Of a DNA stretch of 64,000 bases, positions 7,639 to 16,785 are shown piece by piece. A program made the translations under genes and the position numbers. The notes beneath the pieces are model-generated. The model worked only from the letters and a program-made list of their open reading frames with translations. It was not told where the DNA came from and did not search any database. This DNA comes from Candidatus Hydrogenedentota bacterium (GTDB lineage: Bacteria > Hydrogenedentota > Hydrogenedentia > Hydrogenedentales > SLHB01), in NCBI GenBank assembly GCA_045863295.1, contig BTWA01000010.1, positions 122,716 to 186,715 of the forward strand, given 5' to 3'. Position 1 is the stretch's first letter. Every line of letters begins with the position of its first letter.

Positions 7639-10330
7639 ACGGATATTCCTGATCGACGGCACCGCGTTTGCGTTCCGGTCTTTCTTTGCGATACGCGGGT
7701 TGACCAATTCCAAGGGCCGTCCCACGAATGCCGTGTTTGGATTTGCGCGCGTGTTGCTGCGCATTATCCGGGAGCACACCCCCAGCCATATCTGCGTCGT
7801 GTTCGACGCGCCGGGCAAGACATTCCGCGATGATCTTTATCCCGCCTACAAGGCGAACCGCCAGGAAACGCCCGAGGATCTGATCAGTCAATTTCCGGTT
7901 ATGCGTGAAGTGGCTGAGGCGTTCAATCTTCCGGTGATTGTGGAACCCGGCGTAGAAGCGGACGATGTCATCGGCACGCTTTCGCGGCAGGCGGCGGAAC
8001 AGGGGATGGACGCGGTCATCGTGACCAGCGACAAGGACGTGCTCCAGTTGGTCGGCGTGAAGGTGAAAGCCTATGATCCCAACAAGGGCGACAACGGGGA
8101 ATGGTATGGCATCCCCGAAGTGAAAGAACGGTTCGGGTGCACTCCGGAACGTGTGGTGGACGCGTTGGCGCTTATGGGCGATACGGCCGACAATGTGCCG
8201 GGCGTTAAAGGAATTGGCCCGAAGACCGTGAAGGCACTGATGGAAACGTATGGGTCCATTGAGAACCTTTACGCGCATATCGGCGACCTTAAAGGCAAAC
8301 AGCGGGAGAACCTTGAGGCGGGGCAGAGCCAATTGGCGCTGAGCCGGCAGTTGGTGACGATTAAGACCGATGTTGCATTGCCTTTTGGTGTCCAAGACTG
8401 CCGTATGCGCGAATTTGACCGTCCACGGTTGGCCGACCTGTTTCACGAATTGGAATTTCAATCGCTCCTTGAAGAGTTTTTGCCGGACTCGGCAGACGTG
8501 GAAGAGACCCACTACACGCTGGTTTTGACCCGTGCGGAACTCGAGCGGGTTATCGCGGAAATGCGCACATCGGGCAGGTTCGCGGTGGATACGGAGACTA
8601 CGGGCACCGATCCGATGCAGGCGCGTCTTGTTGGGGTATCGCTGAGTTGCCGGGCGGGGACGGGGTACTACATCCCCATATCCCACAGCGAGGAATCCTA
8701 CGAATCGCTTTTTCAGGATGGGAGCCCTGCGGCGGCGCTGCCGGGCGAGGAATCGCTGTCCCTTTTGAGGCCGCTGTTGGAAGACGCGACCTTGGAAAAG
8801 GTGGGTCAGAACATCAAGTATGATTTGGTGGTGCTGGCGCGGTCCGGGGTGGCGTTGCAGGGTATCGGTCTGGACACCATGGTAGCATCGTATTTGACAG
8901 ACCCGTCCCGGATGAGGCATAATCTGGATGAAATAAGCCTCCACTACCTCAAGCGCAAAATGATCCCCCTGTCTGATCTGATTGGCAAGGGGTCCAAAAC
9001 CGTAACCTTCGATAAGGTTCCCGTCGATCGCGCTTGCGCCTATGCCGCGGAAGACGCGGACATCACCTGGCGGCTATCCGAACTTTTCCAACCGCTATTG
9101 GCGGAGCGGGGTTTGGACGCGCTATACCGGGATGTGGAGCGGCCGCTGATCGGGCTTCTGGCCCGAATGGAGATGGCGGGGATAGCCATCGACCATGCGG
9201 TATTTGAAGAATTGAAGAATGAAGTCAGTGAGCGCCTGGGCGTGCTGGAACGCGAGATACACGCGGCAGCCGGGGGGCCGTTCCAGATTAACTCGCCCAA
9301 GCAACTCCAGGAAGTCCTTTTCAACAAGTTGAAACTGAAACCCGTGCGCAAGACCAAGACGGGGTACTCCACCGATGTGGAGGTCTTGGAAGAGCTTGCG
9401 CGGGACCATCCGCTTCCGGAAAAGTTATTGGAATACCGGGTGCTGGAGAAGCTTCGGGGCACCTACCTGGAAGCACTTCCCAAGCTGGTCCATCCGGAGA
9501 CGGGTCGGATACATACATCGTTTAATCAGGCGGTCGCGGCGACGGGCCGTTTGTCGAGCAGCGATCCCAACTTGCAGAACATACCCATTCGAACGGAGTT
9601 GGGCCGGCGGATGCGCCGGGGCTTTGTACCCGGCGGCCGGGATTTGATGTTTGTCGCAGCCGACTACTCGCAAATTGAATTACGCATTTTGGCCCACCTG
9701 TCCGGCGATGCGGCGCTGCAAGAAGCGTTCGCGCAAGACGCCGACATCCACACGGACACGGCGGCGCGGGTTTTCGGTGTATTTCCAGCCATGGTTACGC
9801 CGGATATGCGGCGACAGGCCAAGGCCGTGAATTTCGGGGTTATCTACGGAATCAGCCCATTTGGCCTTTCGCGGTCGCTGGGAATCTCCACGGGCGAGGC
9901 CGGCCATTTCATCGAGAATTATTTCCGGCAATACCCCGGAGTCCGGATGTGGATCGATGAGACGCTGGAGAAAGCGCGCAAGGACGGATTTGTCACCACG
10001 TTGCTGAACCGCCGGCGGTACATTCCGGAGATGAACAGCAGCAACATGGGCGAACGGAAAGCGGCCGAGCGAGTTGCGATGAACACGCCGGTTCAAGGGA
10101 GCGCGGCGGACATCATCAAGCTGGCGATGTTGCGATTGGACGCTGCCTTGCGTGGCACCTCCGCGCGGCTCTTGCTGCAGGTTCACGACGAACTGCTGGT
10201 GGAGTGCCGGGCCGAAGAGGCCTCACAGACGATGGAGACCATGCGCGTCGTGATGGAATCGGCGGCGGAACTTTCGACGCCTCTGAAGGTCGATGCCGCG
10301 ATTGGAGACAATTGGGAAGCCATACATTGA
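7631..10330 (+). CDS. polA: DNA polymerase I
   Basis: 5'-3' exonuclease (EADDVIG, GDTADNVPGV), 3'-5' exonuclease (DTETT), and polymerase motifs DYSQIELR, KAVNFGVIYG and QVHDEL. Confidence 0.98.
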   Translation: MAERIFLIDGTAFAFRSFFAIRGLTNSKGRPTNAVFGFARVLLRIIREHTPSHICVVFDAPGKTFRDDLYPAYKANRQETPEDLISQFPVMREVAEAFNLPVIVEPGVEADDVIGTLSRQAAEQGMDAVIVTSDKDVLQLVGVKVKAYDPNKGDNGEWYGIPEVKERFGCTPERVVDALALMGDTADNVPGVKGIGPKTVKALMETYGSIENLYAHIGDLKGKQRENLEAGQSQLALSRQLVTIKTDVALPFGVQDCRMREFDRPRLADLFHELEFQSLLEEFLPDSADVEETHYTLVLTRAELERVIAEMRTSGRFAVDTETTGTDPMQARLVGVSLSCRAGTGYYIPISHSEESYESLFQDGSPAAALPGEESLSLLRPLLEDATLEKVGQNIKYDLVVLARSGVALQGIGLDTMVASYLTDPSRMRHNLDEISLHYLKRKMIPLSDLIGKGSKTVTFDKVPVDRACAYAAEDADITWRLSELFQPLLAERGLDALYRDVERPLIGLLARMEMAGIAIDHAVFEELKNEVSERLGVLEREIHAAAGGPFQINSPKQLQEVLFNKLKLKPVRKTKTGYSTDVEVLEELARDHPLPEKLLEYRVLEKLRGTYLEALPKLVHPETGRIHTSFNQAVAATGRLSSSDPNLQNIPIRTELGRRMRRGFVPGGRDLMFVAADYSQIELRILAHLSGDAALQEAFAQDADIHTDTAARVFGVFPAMVTPDMRRQAKAVNFGVIYGISPFGLSRSLGISTGEAGHFIENYFRQYPGVRMWIDETLEKARKDGFVTTLLNRRRYIPEMNSSNMGERKAAERVAMNTPVQGSAADIIKLAMLRLDAALRGTSARLLLQVHDELLVECRAEEASQTMETMRVVMESAAELSTPLKVDAAIGDNWEAIH

Positions 10331-10468
10331 TGCCCTTGGCCGAAGCAAGGCCCTTGCCTCAAGGCCGTGAACATGAACCTGTTGTGGGGTTCGGTTTGGG
10401 CAAGCCGGGATTGGTGTGAAGCGGCACATAAACGCGTTAACCACTATAAAGACGCGAAAGGAAGGTTC

Positions 10469-11962
10469 ATGGTAGAGAAATCGGACAAGACCCAAGACCG
10501 CCCGCGAAAGCCTGTGGGCAGGCGTATGCAGCCTGGCGGGGGCGGAAATGGCAGTCGCGGACCTGGCAGCCGCGGGCCGCAGCGAAATCACCGTGGCGAT
10601 CGGGACCGAGATCGGGATCGCGATCCCATGCGGCGGCCCCGAATGGCCCCACCGAACATGGACATACAGGAGCCGGACGACAGCGATTTGAACAATGCCG
10701 GCGGGCCGGAGCTGAAGATCGAGGATCTGAAGCGGATGACCATGACGGAGCTGTCCGACACGGCGCGCCGGCTCAACATCGACGGCTACGGCGGACTCAA
10801 GAAGCAAGACCTGATCTTTCGCGTACTTCAGAAATCGATTGAATCCACGGGATCCCTGTACGGGGAGGGCACGCTGGAAATACTGCCCGATGGATTTGGC
10901 TTTCTGCGGTCGAGCGACTATTCCTATCTTCCGGGTCCCGACGACATTTATGTATCGCCTTCGCAGATCCGGAAGTTCGGACTTCGCACGGGCGACACAA
11001 TTCAGGGCCACGTACGACCGCCCAAGGAAGGCGAGCGTTACTTCGCGTTGCTGAAAGTGGAGGCGGTCAATTACGAAAGCCCGGAAGTGGCTCGTGAGCG
11101 CATTCTGTTCGACAACTTGACTCCGCTGCACCCCGACGAGCGGGTGCGTCTGGAAACGACGCAGAACGAAGTGGCGATGCGCGTAATGGATCTCGTGTGT
11201 CCGATTGGCAAGGGGCAGCGCGGCTTGATTGTGGCGGCGCCTTTCACGGGCAAGACCGTGCTGTTGCAGAAAATTGCGAACAGCATTACGACCAACCATC
11301 CCGAGATGCATGTGATCGTGTTGCTGATCGACGAGCGGCCGGAAGAAGTCACGGACATGTCCCGCACGGTGAAGGGCGAAGTGGTTGCATCGACGTTTGA
11401 TGAACCGCCAGAACGCCACGTTCAGGTTTCCGAGATCGTGCTGGAGAAGGCCAAACGTCTCGCCGAACACAAGCGCGACGTGATTATTCTATTGGATTCC
11501 GTGACGCGTCTTGCGCGTGCCTACAACGTGATCGTGCCCGCGAGCGGCAAGGTGTTGTCGGGCGGTGTCGATGCGAACGCGTTGCAGCGTCCCAAGCGAT
11601 TCTTCGGCGCGGCGCGCAACCTGGAAGAGGGCGGCAGCCTGACGATACTCGCGACGGCGCTGGTGGAAACCGGCAGCCGGATGGACGACGTGATCTTCGA
11701 AGAATTCAAAGGCACGGGCAATATGGAAATCCATCTTGACCGGCGCCTGATGGAAAAGCGAATCTTCCCGGCGATCGACGTGAACAAGTCGCGCACGCGC
11801 AAGGAAGAGTTGCTGATGAGCGACGAAGAACTGCAGCGGATTTGGCTGTTGCTGAAAGTGCTCAGCCCATTGAGCGTCACGGAAGCCACCGAGCTGCTGT
11901 GTGAGAAGCTCAAGAGGACGAAGAGCAACGCCGAGTTCTTGACGATGCTGCAGAAGATGTAG
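10469..11962 (+). CDS. rho: Transcription termination factor Rho with an N-terminal low-complexity extension
   Basis: [41 protein letters not shown] and [12 protein letters not shown] precedes ATG 10469. Confidence 0.98.
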   Translation: MVEKSDKTQDRPRKPVGRRMQPGGGGNGSRGPGSRGPQRNHRGDRDRDRDRDPMRRPRMAPPNMDIQEPDDSDLNNAGGPELKIEDLKRMTMTELSDTARRLNIDGYGGLKKQDLIFRVLQKSIESTGSLYGEGTLEILPDGFGFLRSSDYSYLPGPDDIYVSPSQIRKFGLRTGDTIQGHVRPPKEGERYFALLKVEAVNYESPEVARERILFDNLTPLHPDERVRLETTQNEVAMRVMDLVCPIGKGQRGLIVAAPFTGKTVLLQKIANSITTNHPEMHVIVLLIDERPEEVTDMSRTVKGEVVASTFDEPPERHVQVSEIVLEKAKRLAEHKRDVIILLDSVTRLARAYNVIVPASGKVLSGGVDANALQRPKRFFGAARNLEEGGSLTILATALVETGSRMDDVIFEEFKGTGNMEIHLDRRLMEKRIFPAIDVNKSRTRKEELLMSDEELQRIWLLLKVLSPLSVTEATELLCEKLKRTKSNAEFLTMLQKM

Positions 11963-12089
11963 CGGTAGGCGCGCGAGAATGGATTGGGCCGGCGAGACCT
12001 GTAAGGGTTTCACCCGCACCCGGCGTCTCCTGCAAGGGAGAGGCGTCCGTGGGCGCGTAGCGCGTGGCGTATCGACTTCAGTGAATCAT

Positions 12090-12140
12090 ACGGAAGGCGG
12101 GATGGCTTGAGTGGAAGCCATCCCCCTTCCGTCCGTTTTT
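12090..12140 (+). terminator. Long hairpin with U-tract between rho and trpS
   Basis: ACGGAAGG(C)GGGATGGCTT-GAGTGG-AAGCCATCCCCCTTCCGT (18 bp, one bulge) followed by CCGTTTTT. Confidence 0.6.
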
Positions 12141-12174
12141 GGCATCGGTATTTTCAGGGGCGAAGGAAACCAGC

Positions 12175-13233
12175 ATGTCGACGAAGCAAGAGATCATTCT
12201 GTCCGGAATCCGGCCTACGGGGCGGTTGCATTACGGCAACTATTTTGGCGCGATCCATCACTTTCTCAAGCTGCAGGAGCAGAAGCACCGCTGTTACTAC
12301 TTCATCGCGGACTATCATGCGCTCACGACGATCACGGAGAAGCAGGACTATTTTCAGCAGACCATCGACATGTTGCGCACGTTTTTTGCGTGCGGTCTCG
12401 ATCCGCATGAGTCGGTGATCTACCGGCAAAGCGATCTGCCGTGTACGGCTGAGTTTGCTTTGTTGCTGGGCATGATTACGAACATTGGATTCCTCGAGCG
12501 CGGCACGACGTATAAAGACAAGATGTCGAAACTGACGGCAAACGAGAACCTGGAGGGCAATCCACTGTCGTTTGGATTGCTGGGCTACCCGGTTCTTATG
12601 GCCGCGGACATTCTCATAGTGAAGGCCGATACCGTACCGGTGGGCGACGACCAACGTCAGCACGTTGAAATGGCGTCGGATATCGCGCAGCGATTCAACC
12701 ACCGCTTCGGCGAGACGCTGAAACTGCCCAAGACGGTCGCGCGCGATGCATTGCGCTTGCCGGGTCTGGACGGATCGGCGAAGATGGGCAAGAGCGATAA
12801 CAATACGCTCGATTTGCTTGACGATCCCAAGACGGTTCTGAAGAAGATCAAGGGTGTGCAAACTTCTACCGAGCCGATGCCGTTGAACGGAGAGAGCAAC
12901 GAACCTGCGAACGTTATTCCGCAGTTGCCGCCCAGCTTGGCGACATTGTACCGGCTGTTGAATCTGCTCGCTCCGCAGGACGTATACAATGATTTCGTGG
13001 AGAAGTATCGCAAGCAGGAAAAGTTCTACGGCACGCTGAAGACGACGCTCGCGGACTACGTCAATGCTTTTAATGCGCCGATCATCGAGAGATTCAACGA
13101 CCCGGCGAACTCTCCGGAGTTTGTGCAGGATGTGTTGCGCGAGAATGCGAAGAAGGTGACGCCGGTTGCGTTGGACACGGTGGAAAGCTGCCGCGAGGCC
13201 ATGGGGATCGGACGGAGTCTCTTCCGGGCATAG
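12175..13233 (+). CDS. trpS: Tryptophan--tRNA ligase
   Basis: SGIRPTGRLHYGNY, ADYHALT, YPVLMAADIL, VPVGDDQ and KMGKS. Confidence 0.97.
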   Translation: MSTKQEIILSGIRPTGRLHYGNYFGAIHHFLKLQEQKHRCYYFIADYHALTTITEKQDYFQQTIDMLRTFFACGLDPHESVIYRQSDLPCTAEFALLLGMITNIGFLERGTTYKDKMSKLTANENLEGNPLSFGLLGYPVLMAADILIVKADTVPVGDDQRQHVEMASDIAQRFNHRFGETLKLPKTVARDALRLPGLDGSAKMGKSDNNTLDLLDDPKTVLKKIKGVQTSTEPMPLNGESNEPANVIPQLPPSLATLYRLLNLLAPQDVYNDFVEKYRKQEKFYGTLKTTLADYVNAFNAPIIERFNDPANSPEFVQDVLRENAKKVTPVALDTVESCREAMGIGRSLFRA

Positions 13234-13415
13234 CCCGGAAATTTCACGACTTTGTCCAATTAACTGTGTAACAACAGTTCCACCGGCCTGTTACCAAAAC
13301 TGGCGCACTTAGAGTGTGCATGTGAAATATCCTCAGCGTTTCAAGCTTAAGGAATTCTGTGTGAGCATTTTTCACCACGCACGATTTAAGCGTGGTGCAA
13401 ATTGCGGGGTAGCGA

Positions 13416-14504
13416 TCACCGGTCGAGCGGCTGCACGTCTTCTTCGAAATACCGGTGAAACGCCGGGGGCAACTGTTTGTAGTCCAGTTCGTTCACGGCA
13501 TCGAATGCGGGCCGTGAATTGAACGTGTTCCAGAACAGCGGCGTTTGTCCGGCGAGCCTGCCGGAGCGCGCGTCGTGCACCAGTGCCGCAAGGCCCTTGG
13601 CCGAATAGGTCCCGTCGAGGGCCAGGCCGGTTTGCTTCCAGAACCAGTCCGCGGCCTCCACGCCTTCCGCTGTATACACGGCGTAATCGGATCCGAAGAA
13701 TTCATTACGCCATTCCACCTGTCCGGGAATCCATCGCACATCGGGAAACGAGGTGTCGAGGCGTCGCAAATAAGCAACGGTTTGAGCGAATAATTTCTTC
13801 AGACGATCTTCGCTGGCCATGGTGGCGTGAATGACCCTTATGGCCGCGATGCGTGTATTCAAACCCGCGGCTTGAAGACCGATCGCGAGCCCCGCCACCG
13901 TTCCCATGGAGCCGACTGCAACGTAAATCACCGGGGGAGCGGGCAATGTTCCGTCGTCGATTTGCTTTTTCAATTCCAGCGCCGCGTTTACAAATCCGCA
14001 GATACCGAGTGGCGATGAGCCGCCGGCGGGAATGATCATGGGAAACACGCCGATCTTGATGCGCCGCATCGCCGATGTAAGCAGGGCGCCGGCTGCGACG
14101 CGGCGAACACCGCCGTAGTGTTTTAAGAGCGCGCCGGATGCATGGCTGAGCAGGAGATTCCTGCGCAGGCCGTGCGATATCGCTTGTGGCATCAGCATCG
14201 AAATACCGCGCAGGCCGAGTTGGTTGGCATAGACCGCCGTGGCTGTAGCGTGATTGCTGCCAGCGAAGCCGAAGGTCATCACTTCCCGCGCGCTGCGTCG
14301 TTTGGCTTCCGCCAGGAGGAACTCGAGCTTGCGGACTTTGTTTCCGCCGTACGCGGAGCCCGTGATATCGTCTCGTTTGACGTAGACGTAATCGACTCCG
14401 ATCGCAGTGCCTGAGATGCAATCGACGGGGGTTGGCCAGACACCAAGTTCGGTGTGCGGAAGCCGGTTCTCCAAAGTGGGAAATCGATTGAAAAGGGCAA
14501 TCAT
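13416..14504 (-). CDS. PLP-dependent D-cysteine desulfhydrase/ACC deaminase family enzyme
   Basis: PTP, KRDD, GGNKVRKLEFLL, SNH, GSMGT and LDGTYSAK. Confidence 0.88.
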   Translation of the reverse strand: MIALFNRFPTLENRLPHTELGVWPTPVDCISGTAIGVDYVYVKRDDITGSAYGGNKVRKLEFLLAEAKRRSAREVMTFGFAGSNHATATAVYANQLGLRGISMLMPQAISHGLRRNLLLSHASGALLKHYGGVRRVAAGALLTSAMRRIKIGVFPMIIPAGGSSPLGICGFVNAALELKKQIDDGTLPAPPVIYVAVGSMGTVAGLAIGLQAAGLNTRIAAIRVIHATMASEDRLKKLFAQTVAYLRRLDTSFPDVRWIPGQVEWRNEFFGSDYAVYTAEGVEAADWFWKQTGLALDGTYSAKGLAALVHDARSGRLAGQTPLFWNTFNSRPAFDAVNELDYKQLPPAFHRYFEEDVQPLDR

Positions 14505-15223
14505 GACAAGGGTGCCTGGGGCGTTAGAGGCACGCTTCCCGGGTGGGACTGATCATCAAGCGATTGAGTCCGGAATCGCTCATGGTTAAAGAACCAGAGA
14601 ATGATGAATCCTTGTGCACTGACAATGTGCCACATCGCATGCCAGGGAAGAATGAAAGCCGTGACCTGGCTATTGCCTGCGGTCGCCATGAACATACCAA
14701 CCAAGAAGGTTGCGGTCATGAGGTAGAGAATCCTGCGATGGGTTGGCGCAATATTGCGCCTGTTGGCCACGAACAACGCCAATCCTATCCAAGCATTGGC
14801 AATTAGCGCGACTTCGCCGAGATAGAATTGGCCGAACTCGCCGAATGTAATCACGGGCACTTTCTCTGGGGCCACGATCTCCCAGAGCAGCCACCCAAGG
14901 ACTCCAAGATTTGCCAATCCTGTACTACTCAATATCATCCGCCTTCTCAGTGGCGACATATAATCGCCGCTTACGGCAACTATCAATACCCAAGCCAGCA
15001 GGATATTCGTACCAACATCAAAAAAGCTGGCAATCCGATTTCCTTCTACCGAGTGAAGCCAGACGGTGGGTACTCCCGTGATGAGTACGCAGGCATACAC
15101 GGCCAACCATCGAGGCGGCTGGAGGACTGTCAATCCCGTGAGGATCAGGGGTAGGAGTCCCGCCAGACATGTGCAATAGGAAGTCACGATGTTTGCCAGT
15201 TGTGCGTCATGTTGATAAGTCAT
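14501..15223 (-). CDS. Multi-TM membrane protein, CREST superfamily (ceramidase/hemolysin III-like)
   Basis: About 7 hydrophobic segments. TVWLH...FFD and C-terminal HAMWH resemble the CREST SxxxH/D/HxxxH pattern. ATG at 15223. Confidence 0.65.
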   Translation of the reverse strand: MTYQHDAQLANIVTSYCTCLAGLLPLILTGLTVLQPPRWLAVYACVLITGVPTVWLHSVEGNRIASFFDVGTNILLAWVLIVAVSGDYMSPLRRRMILSSTGLANLGVLGWLLWEIVAPEKVPVITFGEFGQFYLGEVALIANAWIGLALFVANRRNIAPTHRRILYLMTATFLVGMFMATAGNSQVTAFILPWHAMWHIVSAQGFIILWFFNHERFRTQSLDDQSHPGSVPLTPQAPLS

Positions 15224-15488
15224 AGCGTATGGGTATCCCCTCTCCCTCGGATGTATCACGAGTCGATCCGGCGAACTTCGGGGCTGCAATCGGATTCGAA
15301 TCCGGTCGAACTGGGCGGTTTTGCAGTGCGCCCGTGTATGACCTTTCCGACTTCGGGTCAAGGCCATTCTGTGCAAGCAAATAGTAGCACGTAGAATGTG
15401 CCCGGTTATCGAGAACCGAACGAGGTGGGGTGGAAAACAGCGGGTCTGGTTCTATGGCAAACATAGATTCTGCAAGACGGGCGTATAC

Positions 15489-15515
15489 AAAAAAGGCCGC
15501 CCGTTGGGGCGGCCT
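15489..15515 (-). terminator. Intrinsic terminator after the DUF1501 gene
   Basis: On -: AGGCCGCCC-CAAC-GGGCGGCCT followed by TTTTT. Confidence 0.85.
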
Positions 15516-15534
15516 GTGCCTTCTTCCCTTGCGG

Positions 15535-16755
15535 CTAGGCGATAATGGGTATTGGTTGGAAGGTCTGTCCGAGGACCAACCCAGGGTCTACGTTAAACCA
15601 CTGCGCCAATACGCTGGAGTATACGTTCCGGAAATCCGTGGTGTATTTGAGGTCGCCGTTGTCGAGGTCGGTGAGCGACGGCATGGCGCCGTGCACGCCT
15701 GCGTTGACGTTTGATCCCACAAGGAACATGGGTGCGGCAGTGCCGTGGTCGGTGCCGCCGCTGGCATTTTGGGCCACCCGCCTGCCGAATTCCGAAAAGA
15801 CCATTGTCAGCACGCGATCCGCGTTGCCGTCGTGCTTAAGCGTTTCCTGAAATTTGGCCAGACTGTTCGAGACGGTTTCCAGCAGCCGGTCGTGCGTTGC
15901 GAGTTGATTGGCATGCGTGTCGAATCCGCTGACCGAGACGTAGAATATGCGTGTTTCCAGATTTCCGCGCAAGAGCGCCGCAACCGTCTGCAGCGGATCC
16001 GCGCCTCTTCCCGCGGCGGTTGGCGCCTTGCCGCGTTCCGAGGCTTCGCGGACTTCCTTGGAACTCATTATGGCATTGGACGTTACATGGCGCAGGAAAT
16101 CGACTGTATCGTTTGCTGGGGCGCCGGCGGCATTGATGTGCGCGAAGTTTTCCGGTGTGGCGGCCCCTTTGCCGGGTTGCCATCCGTAGGATTTTGGATC
16201 GTCGAACACGACGCCAAATCCCTTTGTGCCGTCGAATGCCTGGGGTCTCTCATCTTGCAGCGCGACACCCACCTGTGGGCGCGGCGCGCCCTCGCAACAG
16301 TTGTCGAAATACCGGCCAATCCAACCGTCGCCGAGGTATTCGTTGGAATCGCTGGCGGTATGCCAGATTTCCATGGAGCGGAAGTGGGACCGATCCGGAT
16401 TTGGGTAGCCCACGCCCTGGACGATGGCAATCTCGCCGTTGTTGTAGAGATCCATGAAGCCTTTGAGCTTGGCGTTGGCGGAGATGTCATCGTTGATGCG
16501 GATGAGCTGATTGTCTTTCAGGCCGATTCCCGGCCGCACGCGATAGTAGTCGTCATTGGAATGGGGCACGATGGTGTTGAGGCCGTCGTTGCCGCCGCCC
16601 AATTGCACGACCACCAGCACTTTGTCGTCCTTGAAGCCGGGGATGGCCGGGGCAGCGCCCTCGACGGCGCGGGTAAGAAACGCCGGAGCAAAGCCGACCG
16701 ACGAGAACAAGGCTGCGGACATCATGAAGTGGCGTCGTGACATGTCATGTTTCAT
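15535..16755 (-). CDS. DUF1501 family protein with Tat signal
   Basis: SRRHFM twin-arginine, GGGNDGLNT, RSHF, GFDTH, SEFGRR and GTDHG. Confidence 0.9.
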   Translation of the reverse strand: MKHDMSRRHFMMSAALFSSVGFAPAFLTRAVEGAAPAIPGFKDDKVLVVVQLGGGNDGLNTIVPHSNDDYYRVRPGIGLKDNQLIRINDDISANAKLKGFMDLYNNGEIAIVQGVGYPNPDRSHFRSMEIWHTASDSNEYLGDGWIGRYFDNCCEGAPRPQVGVALQDERPQAFDGTKGFGVVFDDPKSYGWQPGKGAATPENFAHINAAGAPANDTVDFLRHVTSNAIMSSKEVREASERGKAPTAAGRGADPLQTVAALLRGNLETRIFYVSVSGFDTHANQLATHDRLLETVSNSLAKFQETLKHDGNADRVLTMVFSEFGRRVAQNASGGTDHGTAAPMFLVGSNVNAGVHGAMPSLTDLDNGDLKYTTDFRNVYSSVLAQWFNVDPGLVLGQTFQPIPIIA

Positions 16756-16785
16756 GTTCGTATCCTCGTGGCCTTTAGGCCGGCG

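Noticed and set aside
11963..12174. T-box riboswitch or SRP RNA upstream of trpS
   Set aside because: No GGUGGNACC T-box, specifier-stem motifs or SRP helix-8 signature. Kept only as an unassigned structured region.
13234..13415. AT-rich spacer with small hairpins (for example CACCACGC/GCGTGGTG)
   Set aside because: Consistent with an ordinary convergent terminator region. No repeat or RNA family recognised.
13416..14504. Call as ACC deaminase (acdS)
   Set aside because: Ser and Thr occupy the positions where true ACC deaminases have Glu and Leu.
15224..15488. Several small hairpins and a TAGTAG-led palindrome near 15382
   Set aside because: The stem does not match the REP consensus and no riboswitch core is recognisable.
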